A DNA stretch of 64,000 nucleotides from an uncultured Rhodospirillaceae bacterium. GTDB lineage: Bacteria > Pseudomonadota > Alphaproteobacteria > Rhodospirillales > UBA2165. The notes beneath the pieces were generated by a model. That model saw nothing but the letters and a program-made list of their open reading frames with translations, was not told where the DNA came from and made no database searches. Numbering within the stretch: position 1 is the stretch's first letter; each line of letters opens with the position of its first letter. The position numbers and the translations under genes were made by a program. Below, one piece after another: positions 40,332-49,516 of the stretch. Where the stretch lies: contig CAZNLR010000002.1 of assembly GCA_964574215.1 (NCBI GenBank), positions 2,003 through 66,002 on the forward strand, read 5' to 3'.

Positions 40332-41798
40332 TCAGAAAATTTCGAAATACTCTTTATGCTCCCAGTCGGTCACCGTCGAGAAAAAGCGAGAAATTTCGGC
40401 TTCCTTGATATGCAGTATGTAGTCGATGAACTGTTGGCCGAATTTGTCCGCGTACAGGGTGTCCTCCCGCAAGGCAAACAAAGCATCCAATAGACTACGG
40501 GGCAGGGGTGTCGCCTCGGTGTCATAGGGCGCATCGACGGGTATGGCCGGTTTTAGTTTTCTATGTATACCGTCCAGCCCTGCGTAAATCTGCGACGCCA
40601 TATAGAGATACGGATTGGCTGCCGGTTCCCCCACCCGGTTTTCAATGCGTGAACCCGTATCGTCGGCGCCGCTGACCACGCGCAGCATGGCGCCCCGATT
40701 GTCGCGGCCCCACAGGGCCCGGTCCGGTGCCAGGGAATAGGGCTGGAAGCGCTTATAGCCGTTGATGGTCGGGGTCGAGAATACCGACGCGCTGCGGGCG
40801 TGTTCGAGCAGACCGGCGACAAACTGTCTGCCCAAAGGAGACAGTATTTCGCTGTCGGTTTTGGGAATGAAGGCGTTTTTGCCGGTTTTTTTGTGTTGCA
40901 GGCTCTGGTGCAGGTGCCAGCCGCTGGAAAACAGATTGGGCAAGTTGGGGCGGCACATGAAAGTGGCGTGCAAGCCATTGCGGTGGGCAACCTGTTTTAC
41001 GGCGCTGCGAAACAGCACCATGGTGTCGGCGGGATCGAGTCCGGTCCCCGGATCGAAGGTTATTTCCACCTGGCTCGGCCCGAACTCGACTTCGACCGTT
41101 CTAACCGGCAGATCCAGATCCACCAGGTTGCGGCGTATTTTTTCCAGCGACGGTTCAAGCTCGTCCATGCGCTGTTCGGTCAGGTATTGGAACCCATGCG
41201 CCAGGAGGCTGACCGTCGGCGGTTCCGCCGGCTGTCCCGCCTGTTCCGGTTTAAGGCTGGGGTCCTCGAGTTTGAACAAATGGAACTCGACTTCCAGACC
41301 GGCGATATAATCATATCCCTCGTTGCCCAGTTCAGCCAACGCGTCCCGCAGAATTTGGCGGGTAGAGAAGGGGACCGGTTTACCGTTGGGAAAGTATATA
41401 TCGCACAGTATCCAACCGGTTTTCTCGGCCCAGGGCAGGATTTTGAAAGTCGTCGGATCGGGCACCATGATGAAATCGCCGCCGCCAGTCATCTCCTCCA
41501 TGCCAAAGCCACCCCCTTCCGAAAACCAGGGATAGACGGTCTTATGGGAGGTGTCCTTGGCCAGCAGGGTCGTTACCATGGCGCAACCGTTGCGCAAGGC
41601 CACCGGCAACTCCCGGGCGACAATTGTCTTGCCGCGCAAAATACCGTGCTGGTCGGCGAAGGAAAGCCGCACGGCTTCAAGATCGTATTCCTCGGACAGT
41701 TTCTCGATGCGCGCCGCCTCTTCGGCTTGCTCCTCGTTCCAAAGGTCGTACCGCTCCACGAAACTTGCGCGTCCCATGCTGCCGTTATTTGTTTTCAT
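40332..41798 (-). CDS. Glutamine synthetase-family ligase (gamma-glutamyl-amine synthetase-like)
   Basis: 488 aa. 'EVEFGPSQVEITF', 'ATFMCRPN', 'SGWHLHQSL' and 'NRGAMLRV' correspond to GS catalytic-domain blocks. Confidence 0.85.
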   Translation of the reverse strand: MKTNNGSMGRASFVERYDLWNEEQAEEAARIEKLSEEYDLEAVRLSFADQHGILRGKTIVARELPVALRNGCAMVTTLLAKDTSHKTVYPWFSEGGGFGMEEMTGGGDFIMVPDPTTFKILPWAEKTGWILCDIYFPNGKPVPFSTRQILRDALAELGNEGYDYIAGLEVEFHLFKLEDPSLKPEQAGQPAEPPTVSLLAHGFQYLTEQRMDELEPSLEKIRRNLVDLDLPVRTVEVEFGPSQVEITFDPGTGLDPADTMVLFRSAVKQVAHRNGLHATFMCRPNLPNLFSSGWHLHQSLQHKKTGKNAFIPKTDSEILSPLGRQFVAGLLEHARSASVFSTPTINGYKRFQPYSLAPDRALWGRDNRGAMLRVVSGADDTGSRIENRVGEPAANPYLYMASQIYAGLDGIHRKLKPAIPVDAPYDTEATPLPRSLLDALFALREDTLYADKFGQQFIDYILHIKEAEISRFFSTVTDWEHKEYFEIF

Positions 41799-41828
41799 AA
41801 TTTTTCGTCCCGAGTTCGTCGAGCCACA

Positions 41829-43154
41829 CTACCAGCCTTTGGCCCAGGCAGATTTGTTGCGTCGCACGCTGTCGTGTTGCTTCCATTCCGACTGCCAGTT
41901 GGCGGTTGGGGCTATGGTATCGATGGCTATGGGCCCTTTGAAATTGACGGCGTCTTGGCTGTTCAGGAACATGGGCGGTTCGGCCCCTTGGCAAACCTTA
42001 TCGATCGCCTGCAGCAGCATACGGCGATTGGCGATGATGGCTTTGTCTGAGGCGCCCAGATGTTCCACGGTCCGATCCTGAATAGCGCCGATGGATTCAA
42101 CGGCCCATTGATCGTGAATGTTGATATCCTTGCCCATCCCAGTATAGGTCTGGGTGCGCTGTTCCTCGGCGTCGAAGCCGTAATCGTTGCTTTTGTTCCG
42201 CTTCGACCGGTAGTCCGGCAGGCTGTAGGTCTCAAGCCGTTGCCGCCGCATGGCATCTTTGTCGACTTTTTCGTCAAAGGCCGAGAATATGGCATACCAG
42301 TAACAGGTTTCGTCGTCGATCGGCACATGCCACTGGGTAATGGTCATATCGTGACTCATGGGAATGACGATGGCGTTGGGGAACATCATATTGGTGATGC
42401 GGACATGGGTGTCGGACTCCCCTAGGTCCCGGAGCGCGAAGATACGCAATCCGTATTCGGTTTCCTCCACATCAATCCGAGGGCACGGATTTTCCCGTAG
42501 TATCTTGGTGGGTGCGACAGTATCGTCGGCGGTCGCAGCCCTGAACTGTTTGCCGTAGCCGTCGGCGGTATCTTCATCTTCAAAAAAGCGATGCAGAAAA
42601 GAGGCGTGCGCGGGATCAATGCCCACTTCCAGGGCCTGCAACCAGTTGCATTCCATCAAACCCTTGAAGGCAAAGGTGAATTCATCCGGAGCCACGAAGC
42701 AATCGAAATCAGGCAGTACCGGCGGTTCATTTTCGTCGTCGCGTGGCCCCATATAAGCAAAGACAATGCCGTTTCGCTCTACACACGGATAGGAAAGGTG
42801 TTTGACCTTGGTGTGAAAGTTGCTGTCGGATGGTTCGGCGGGCTGCTCCAAACAGTTTCCTTCAACATCGAACAGCCAACCATGTAGGGCGCAACGAAGT
42901 CCGCCATCTTCCAGCCGGCCGAAACAAAGATCAACGCCGCGATGGGGACAATGCCTGCCAACCAGTCCATACCGGCCTAGATCGTCCCTGAATAAAATCA
43001 GATCCTCGCCCATTAGCGAGACGTTTTTTAGGGGCCGGTTATCGGACAGTTCTTCGGTCAACGCCGCCGGCTGCCAGTAGCGGCGCATAAGATTACCGCC
43101 CGACGTGTCCTTGCCTGTTCGGGTTACCAGCTCATTTTGTTCCTTGGTCAACAT
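41829..43154 (-). CDS. Rieske non-haem-iron oxygenase alpha subunit (phthalate-family-like)
   Basis: 'CPHRG-x15-CALHGW' Rieske box. 'EVGIDPAHASFLH' (D-x2-H-x4-H iron site). The N-terminal 'LTKEQNELVTRTGKDTSGGNLMRRYWQPA' resembles phthalate-dioxygenase-type oxygenases. Confidence 0.88.
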   Translation of the reverse strand: MLTKEQNELVTRTGKDTSGGNLMRRYWQPAALTEELSDNRPLKNVSLMGEDLILFRDDLGRYGLVGRHCPHRGVDLCFGRLEDGGLRCALHGWLFDVEGNCLEQPAEPSDSNFHTKVKHLSYPCVERNGIVFAYMGPRDDENEPPVLPDFDCFVAPDEFTFAFKGLMECNWLQALEVGIDPAHASFLHRFFEDEDTADGYGKQFRAATADDTVAPTKILRENPCPRIDVEETEYGLRIFALRDLGESDTHVRITNMMFPNAIVIPMSHDMTITQWHVPIDDETCYWYAIFSAFDEKVDKDAMRRQRLETYSLPDYRSKRNKSNDYGFDAEEQRTQTYTGMGKDINIHDQWAVESIGAIQDRTVEHLGASDKAIIANRRMLLQAIDKVCQGAEPPMFLNSQDAVNFKGPIAIDTIAPTANWQSEWKQHDSVRRNKSAWAKGW

Positions 43155-43256
43155 ACGAAGATCAATTCATTCCACTGCTCATTAGAATGATTACTATAAA
43201 TAAATTACGTGTGGCGTGCAAATAATTAGTTGGACACTAAAACTAATTTGAAATGA

Positions 43257-45008
43257 TTATTCTGAATACGATACGGTTGAGACTATACGGTCTTGAGGGA
43301 GGGAGACGGTAACCGTCGTGCCCTCACCGAGTGCGCTCTCAATGGAAAGTTCGCCGCCATGGGCCCTGACGAGGCCAACCGACAGGGGCAGACCGAGACC
43401 GGTGCCTTCTTCCTGGCGGGCCAGGGAACTGTCTATTTGACCGAATTTTGCCATGGCCTGATGAATTCCCTTTTCGTCCATACCTATCCCGGAATCCTGG
43501 AAAAATATATTCAACGATCGGTCCGTTTCCAGATTCGCGCCGAGTTTTATGACTCCTTTCTCAGGCGTGAATTTGACGGCGTTGGCCAGAACATTGACAA
43601 ATACCTGTTTCATTCTTCTGGGATCAATTTTTAGTCGCGTCTGCGACAAATCATTACTGGTGTCGATTATATTGATCAGTTCGATTTTTTTATTGGCTGC
43701 CCGCGGTCTAACGATTTGCAGGGACGCATCGACGATATTCTTCAAATTTTCCACTTCTTCCAGTAATTCCAGTTGACCGGCTTCCAGGGCTGATACATCA
43801 AGAATGTCATTGATGATCTGATGAAGATGCTGACCGGACCTGAGAATACTGTCGATGTATTCCAGGTATTTATCATGACCGATGGGCCCAAAAGATTCAT
43901 CCAACATAAATTCCGCGTAGCCGATAATGGCGGTCAGGGGTGAACGCAGCTCGTGACTCATGTTGGCGAGAAATTCCGATTTCGTCCGATTGGCGATTTC
44001 CGCCGTTTTCATGGCTCCCTTAACGCTTTTTTCCGCGCGCTCCCGCTCGATGACCCGCCCCAACTGCGTGCCGATCTGATTAATCGCTTGTAACACATTG
44101 TCCTTTTTTGGTTCGAATTTCGAACTGAAAAAGGTCAATGTTGCCGCCACTTCGCTGCCAATTCTAACGGGCGTGCATATCCCGCATTCCAGTCCGGCCT
44201 CTAAAATGTAGGGAAGAGCCAGACTGTCATTGGCTTCTACCGAAATCTTCTGATCGCTCCAAAGCGAGCCGCCTTGCATGGCGACTCGGCCGTTACCGGC
44301 TTCAACCAGCGAAATATTGGTTCTATCGACGAACTTTCTAAGTCCATCGTACTTCTCCGGATTATCCAAATGCCAAATTTTTGTGGGAATTTGAACGGGC
44401 GGATCGTCTTCAGAGACATAATAGGCGAAGCCGACCGGCCATCCCAAATAGCGGCATATATCGTCCAATGCCGATTGCAGCGCTGATTCAAAGGTGCGGG
44501 CTTCGTTGGCGGCCTGTGCCGTTTTGTGGAGGAGCGTTTGCATCTCCGAATATTCCTTGAGGGCCTGATCCGATACGATCCTTTCCGTTATCTCTCGGGT
44601 GACGCCCCGAAATCCCTGGAATACCCTTTTTTCATCAAATATGGGAACACCCTGGCTTTCCAAATATATCAGATGCCCGTCTTTGGTCGTGAAGGGCCGT
44701 TCGAAATTGCTGAACGGTTCCTGTCGCTCCAGTATTTTTCTGTATTTTTTGATGATTTCGGGATCGGTTTTTACAATTTGGGTACCGGCTCGCTGGCCCA
44801 AAAATTCTTCCGCATCGTAGCCCGTGACGGTCTCGACATTCTCGGAAACATAGATCAATTGAAAATCGGCACCGATTTCCCAATACCAGTCAGAAGCAAT
44901 TTCTACATACTGTTTGAATCGCCGATCGGCGGATGACACCGATCGCTGGTAATCGACGTTCGTAGCCGCACTTGCGGCAGGCTTTTTGGGGCTGTTGTTA
45001 TCGCTCAC
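43257..45008 (-). CDS. Cytoplasmic PAS-containing sensor histidine kinase
   Basis: 583 aa. N-terminal PAS ('YWEIGADFQLIYVSENVETVTGYDAEEFLG'), then a second sensory module, possibly GAF-like. H-box 'SHELRSPLTAIIGYAEF', 'NVLANAVKFT' and 'GTGLGLPLS'. Confidence 0.88.
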   Translation of the reverse strand: MSDNNSPKKPAASAATNVDYQRSVSSADRRFKQYVEIASDWYWEIGADFQLIYVSENVETVTGYDAEEFLGQRAGTQIVKTDPEIIKKYRKILERQEPFSNFERPFTTKDGHLIYLESQGVPIFDEKRVFQGFRGVTREITERIVSDQALKEYSEMQTLLHKTAQAANEARTFESALQSALDDICRYLGWPVGFAYYVSEDDPPVQIPTKIWHLDNPEKYDGLRKFVDRTNISLVEAGNGRVAMQGGSLWSDQKISVEANDSLALPYILEAGLECGICTPVRIGSEVAATLTFFSSKFEPKKDNVLQAINQIGTQLGRVIERERAEKSVKGAMKTAEIANRTKSEFLANMSHELRSPLTAIIGYAEFMLDESFGPIGHDKYLEYIDSILRSGQHLHQIINDILDVSALEAGQLELLEEVENLKNIVDASLQIVRPRAANKKIELINIIDTSNDLSQTRLKIDPRRMKQVFVNVLANAVKFTPEKGVIKLGANLETDRSLNIFFQDSGIGMDEKGIHQAMAKFGQIDSSLARQEEGTGLGLPLSVGLVRAHGGELSIESALGEGTTVTVSLPQDRIVSTVSYSE

Positions 45009-45199
45009 ATCTGACCCTTACCATTCAAAAGGTCGAATGGTGATTTTTTTTGCCAAATCAGAATCGAAATTCAAATGATCCCGTGCATACGATGATATGG
45101 CGTCTAATCACAATATTGGAATGAAACCAAGCGATTCCAATCGATAAGTTGAATTTAGTGCCGAATAAAATTCAAAAATTTTACCTAATTTACTTCGAC

Positions 45200-45625
45200 T
45201 TATTCAACCACCGCGATGGCATTGATTTCCAGAAGGCAACGAGGGTCCGTTGCCAGCCGGACGATCTGTACAGTGGTGGTTGCCGGTTTTGACTCGCCGA
45301 AATATTCCGCCCAGACTTTGTTGAGAACGTCCTGCTGTTCCATATCCTTCAGAAACCTGTCGGCGACCACAATATCGGCAAAGGAAGCGCCGGCGGCTTC
45401 CAATCCGCGGCGTAAATTTTCGAGGGCGGCGCGCGCCTGGCCTTCCATGTCATCGGGCATGGAATCGAATTCTTCCGGCCGGTGCGGGTGATGATGGTAG
45501 ACCGGTGCGGCGGTGACGCCGGCGCAATATATGGTTGATCCACCGGTAACTTTGATGGCGGGCGCATAGGGCATCCACATATCGGGTGCGTCGGGCCAAT
45601 GAAGATGTTCGATTTTCTTGGTCAT
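45200..45625 (-). CDS. RidA/YjgF-family protein
   Basis: 141 aa. 'IYCAGV', 'ALENLRRGLEAAGASFADIV' and 'PATTTVQIVRLATDPRCLLEINAIAV'. It carries an unusual His-rich insertion, 'PVYHHHPHRPEEF'. Confidence 0.8.
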   Translation of the reverse strand: MTKKIEHLHWPDAPDMWMPYAPAIKVTGGSTIYCAGVTAAPVYHHHPHRPEEFDSMPDDMEGQARAALENLRRGLEAAGASFADIVVADRFLKDMEQQDVLNKVWAEYFGESKPATTTVQIVRLATDPRCLLEINAIAVVE

Positions 45626-45654
45626 TTAAATTCTCCCCATGAATTGTTTTTCGA

Positions 45655-47370
45655 TTATTTCCTTGCCTGCTGTTTCTGGATTTTAGCCCAGGCGTCGCGC
45701 AAGCCCAAGGTGCGGTTGAACACCAGATGGTCCTCCGTCGTATCCTTGTCCAGATTAAAATATCCTAGCCTTTCGAACTGAACCGTCTCGTCTTCCAGCA
45801 AATCGTCGTCGCGCAAATCCTGGAGCGAAGGCTCCAGCGCGCATTGCTCCAATACTTCCAGGGAATCAGGATTTATGTCGTTCAGGAGTTCTCCGTTCTT
45901 CCCGGGCTCCGGCTGGTTGAACAGATGATCGTAAAGCCTGACTTCAGCGTTGACGGCATGCTGGGCAGAAACCCAATGCAAGGTCGCTTTAACTTTTCTT
46001 CCGTCCGGCGCATTGCCGCCCTTGGTTTCCGGATCGTAGGTGCAGCGAATTTCCGTGATTTCGCCGTTTTCGTCCTTGATCACGTCCGTGCAGGTGATGA
46101 AAAAGGCATAGCGGAGCCTGACTTCGCGGCCCGGCGCCAGACGAAAGAACTTCTTCGGCGGGTCTTCCATGAAATCCTCCCGCTCGATATAGAGTTCGCG
46201 GGAAAACGGCACCTGTCTGGTGCCGGCGCTTTCATCCTCGGGATTGTTAATGGCGGTAAGCTCCTCCCATTCGCCTTTGGGGTAGTTCTCGATGACGACT
46301 TTTACCGGCCTCAACACGGCCATGCGGCGGCGGGCGGTCTTGTTCAGGAGTTCCCGGACGCAGTGCTCCAGCAAGGCCACCTCGATGGTGGCATTCGATT
46401 TCGAGACTCCGATCCGGCCGGCAAAATCCCTAATGGCCGCGGCGGGAAAGCCCCGCCGCCTGAGGCCGCTAATGGTCGGCTTGCGGGGATCGTCCCATCC
46501 GGTGACATGGTTTTCTTGTACCAGCAGCATAAGTTTGCGTTTGGACAATATGGTATGGGTCATATTGAGCCGGGCAAATTCGTACTGATGCGGTCGCGAC
46601 GGTACCGGCAAGTGGTCCACCAGCCAGTCATACAATGGCCGATGATCTTCGAATTCCAGAGTGCAGATTGAATGGGTGATATGTTCGATGGCGTCGGATT
46701 GACCGTGGGCGAAATCATAATTGGGATAGATGCACCATTGATCGCCCGTGCGCGGGTGGTTTTCGTGAAGGATACGATAAATGACCGGATCGCGCATATT
46801 GATGTTGCCGGACGCCATGTCGATCCTGGCACGGAGCACCTTGGCGCCGTTTTCAAATTCACCCGCCCGCATACGGCGGAACAAGTCTAAATTCTCCTCG
46901 ACGGGGCGATCCCGAAAGGGACTGTTTTTCCCCGGTTCGGTCAAGGTGCCGCGGTACTCCCGAATTTCGTCGGCGGTAAGATCGTCCACATAGGCGTCAC
47001 CGTTTTGGACAAGATGTTCCGCCCACTGATAAAGCTGTTCGAAATAATCCGATGAATGAAAGAGATGTTCTCCCCAATCGAAACCAAGCCAGCGTACATC
47101 TTCCTCTATGGCGTCGATATATTCCTGCTCTTCCTTGGCGGGATTGGTGTCGTCGAAGCGCAAATGGCACCTGCCGCCATACTCGTCGGCGATGCCGAAA
47201 TTGAGGCAAATGGACTTGGCGTGGCCGATATGGAGATAGCCGTTGGGTTCCGGCGGAAACCTGGTGACAATCTCCCGATGGCGGCCTTCATCCAAATCCC
47301 CTTGGATGATATCACGGATAAAATCCCGGCCACCGACTGTGGAATCGGTATCTGGCGTCTGTTCGCTCAT
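45655..47370 (-). CDS. glnS: Glutamine--tRNA ligase
   Basis: 571 aa. '[24 protein letters not shown]' (HIGH), 'ILSKRKL' (KMSKS variant), and the C-terminal anticodon-binding beta-barrels typical of GlnRS. Confidence 0.92.
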   Translation of the reverse strand: MSEQTPDTDSTVGGRDFIRDIIQGDLDEGRHREIVTRFPPEPNGYLHIGHAKSICLNFGIADEYGGRCHLRFDDTNPAKEEQEYIDAIEEDVRWLGFDWGEHLFHSSDYFEQLYQWAEHLVQNGDAYVDDLTADEIREYRGTLTEPGKNSPFRDRPVEENLDLFRRMRAGEFENGAKVLRARIDMASGNINMRDPVIYRILHENHPRTGDQWCIYPNYDFAHGQSDAIEHITHSICTLEFEDHRPLYDWLVDHLPVPSRPHQYEFARLNMTHTILSKRKLMLLVQENHVTGWDDPRKPTISGLRRRGFPAAAIRDFAGRIGVSKSNATIEVALLEHCVRELLNKTARRRMAVLRPVKVVIENYPKGEWEELTAINNPEDESAGTRQVPFSRELYIEREDFMEDPPKKFFRLAPGREVRLRYAFFITCTDVIKDENGEITEIRCTYDPETKGGNAPDGRKVKATLHWVSAQHAVNAEVRLYDHLFNQPEPGKNGELLNDINPDSLEVLEQCALEPSLQDLRDDDLLEDETVQFERLGYFNLDKDTTEDHLVFNRTLGLRDAWAKIQKQQARK

Positions 47371-47490
47371 TACGGCGCTCTACGATAAAATTGAAAAGTT
47401 GTGGTAGGTGAAGTGTTTGCCAAAAAAACTCCGCCATGCCAAGCAGTCGGCTTCAATTAGTGGGGATTATTTCGATCCGGGCAAAGTGGA

Positions 47491-48198
47491 TTAACGGACA
47501 ATCAGAGACCGGCGTAGATTTTCAGCTTGTTCGTTTCGTTGGGCGTGATCGATCAGGATAGAGCGGGGCGTTACTTTGGCGCCGTAGTATTCCTCGTTCA
47601 AATCGTTCCGCCGCACCATTGCCGCGCCTTCGATGGAAAATCCGCCGAACAGTCCTTTGGAAACGCTGAAGGCGATAATATCCCCGCCCAGATTGGTGGT
47701 AACTGCCCCTTCGAGGCCGGTACCGACGGGCCCGGCGGCGACACCGGCATCGGCGGCGATTTTACCTTGGTGTTTCAGGATCGCTTCCACCGCGCCGGGG
47801 CTTCGGATGATAAAGACAACGCCGGATTTCTGGCCCCCGAACTGTAGGCCCCAACTGCCCGCCGCCAAGGTATAAAAGGCCGGATATCCCCAATTGCCGC
47901 TGGCGTCCCTGGCTACGACGACACCGTTGCCGCCTTCAGCGCCGACAAAGAATCCGGCCTTGTAGACAGCCGGAAAAACACCGACCCCCGCCGCGGTATT
48001 GAGGAAACGGTTAAAGTCCTCGAGATCCTTGCGGCCTTTCAGAATTTCGACGGTTTTTTGCGCTTGGGTGACAAGCGATTCCGTAGCCGGGACTTTGGGA
48101 CCGCTGGCACAGCCGGCGAGCAACATACTAAAAAATGCGATGGCTGAAATCGAAAGGCAGTTTCGCATTCTTGACGACCCCATGAATAACCCCAGCAT
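47491..48198 (-). CDS. SYLF (Ysc84/DUF500)-domain lipoprotein
   Basis: GGGGGA lies 6 nt upstream of the ATG at 48198. Lipobox 'LLAGCA'. 'GVGVFPAVYKAGFFVGAEGGNGVVVARD' and 'SWGLQFGGQKSGVVFII' are SYLF-like Gly-rich repeats. Confidence 0.8.
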   Translation of the reverse strand: MLGLFMGSSRMRNCLSISAIAFFSMLLAGCASGPKVPATESLVTQAQKTVEILKGRKDLEDFNRFLNTAAGVGVFPAVYKAGFFVGAEGGNGVVVARDASGNWGYPAFYTLAAGSWGLQFGGQKSGVVFIIRSPGAVEAILKHQGKIAADAGVAAGPVGTGLEGAVTTNLGGDIIAFSVSKGLFGGFSIEGAAMVRRNDLNEEYYGAKVTPRSILIDHAQRNEQAENLRRSLIVR

Positions 48199-48238
48199 AA
48201 AATTTCCCCCTAATACCTCAAGTCTGACTGCATCCGAC

Positions 48239-49516
48239 TTATTCGATAAAATCCAAATTCTGAGAGCGTCGCCTCGCCATTTCCATTTCCCGCCGGCGTG
48301 ACTCTTCGGCAATCAGATCTTCAATGTGCCGTCCCTGAAACATGCTGACGCCGATCTTCTGGCCGAAGTCGATTGCCGATTCATTGTCGCAACGGCAGAA
48401 TATTATTCTGGACGTGCCCATTCGTTTGACGATTTCGGCGCATTTTTTCGCACCGTGGTCCTTTTCCAAATTATCGGTCCAGATCATTTTAACCATGTCG
48501 GCGCCTAGTTTCTCCCGATTGATGAAATCGATTGTGTCGTAAGATAAACCGTCAATACAGATGCGATAACCGCGATCCTTGGCGAAATCACGAGCAAAGA
48601 AAAAGGCGTTGAGATCGGAAAAAATATCGATTTTCTGCAATTCGATCACGATTGATCCGCGCATGGATGCGATCACGGCGTCGTCGAACTGCATGAATTC
48701 GGGCGACAGCAGGGTCGACACGTTCAGATTGACGCTGATTTCGCCGGTGATGGAGCGGTCGGTGGATTTGCTCAGCATGGACAACATGCGGCGGTCGAGG
48801 GTTTCCGTCAAATGCTGAAACAACCAGGGACTGGCGCCGACATTAACGCCCGGCATCAGTGTTTCCCGTAAATCGGAAATGGAAATGAACAGTTCGCTGA
48901 ACAAGGGTTGAGGCGCGGCCTTTCCTATCAAGGCGCAAATAAACTGTCGGCGCACCATGTTGGATAGATCAGCACGTTGTAGCGCTTGCTCTACCCTGCC
49001 CAAGACCCGGGGTGTTAAAGGCTCGCCCTTGTCCTGTTTGTCCTGAAGCGCCGACTTGGCGTTGCTCGGCTTATCGACTTCTTTTTCAGCTTCTTCGCGG
49101 GTGTGGATCAGCTTCCGGACCAGCGCTAGAATTTTTTCGTAGTCCCGCTCAACATTAAAAAATGTCCGGAAACTTTCGTCCTGGCCTTCGCTGGATAAGA
49201 GGGGATCGTCGCTGAACAAAAACCGGAGTTTCAGAATTGACGTTTCGACGTCATTTTGGGCTTCGCCTTTATAGATGAAAAACAGGTCCGAATTCTTGAG
49301 CAGAAACAGCTGGCCCTCGAGCATTTTGATCAACGGATCGAAGGTGTTGGAGGCGATACGGATATGATGGTCCCGCCGGTTATGGGGTTGTAATTTTGAC
49401 AAGTGAATATGAACGGCACGGCGGCCCGCCTTGTGGGATTCCAGACGCTGAACATAATCAAGCAGCAGGTTTTCCTGGCTCGGCAATCTTTGCTGCGTTG
49501 AAGGATTTACCGCCAT
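48239..49516 (-). CDS. Degenerate EAL-like domain protein with an uncharacterised N-terminal domain (paralog A)
   Basis: 425 aa and a paralog of the upstream gene. EAL-like spacing is 'ISVNLNVS', 'IVIELQKID', 'RICIDGLS', 'VKMIW' and 'FQGRHI', but the catalytic residues are largely replaced. Confidence 0.75.
   Translation of the reverse strand: MAVNPSTQQRLPSQENLLLDYVQRLESHKAGRRAVHIHLSKLQPHNRRDHHIRIASNTFDPLIKMLEGQLFLLKNSDLFFIYKGEAQNDVETSILKLRFLFSDDPLLSSEGQDESFRTFFNVERDYEKILALVRKLIHTREEAEKEVDKPSNAKSALQDKQDKGEPLTPRVLGRVEQALQRADLSNMVRRQFICALIGKAAPQPLFSELFISISDLRETLMPGVNVGASPWLFQHLTETLDRRMLSMLSKSTDRSITGEISVNLNVSTLLSPEFMQFDDAVIASMRGSIVIELQKIDIFSDLNAFFFARDFAKDRGYRICIDGLSYDTIDFINREKLGADMVKMIWTDNLEKDHGAKKCAEIVKRMGTSRIIFCRCDNESAIDFGQKIGVSMFQGRHIEDLIAEESRRREMEMARRRSQNLDFIE

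Noticed and set aside
40800-42050. 416-aa ORF on the plus strand, the longest unassigned ORF in the track
   Set aside because: It lies entirely antisense to the GS-like and Rieske genes, which have strong motif support. Its translation is Arg/Gly/Ala/Pro-rich and low in complexity, with no recognisable motif. This is typical of shadow ORFs in GC-rich coding DNA.
45021-45050. Hairpin CCATTC-N8-GAATGG followed by a T-run, which looks like an intrinsic terminator on the plus strand
   Set aside because: Nothing is transcribed on the plus strand into this site, because the flanking genes are both on the minus strand. On the minus strand the T-run becomes an A-run preceding the stem. It is more likely part of the AT-rich promoter or leader of the kinase gene.
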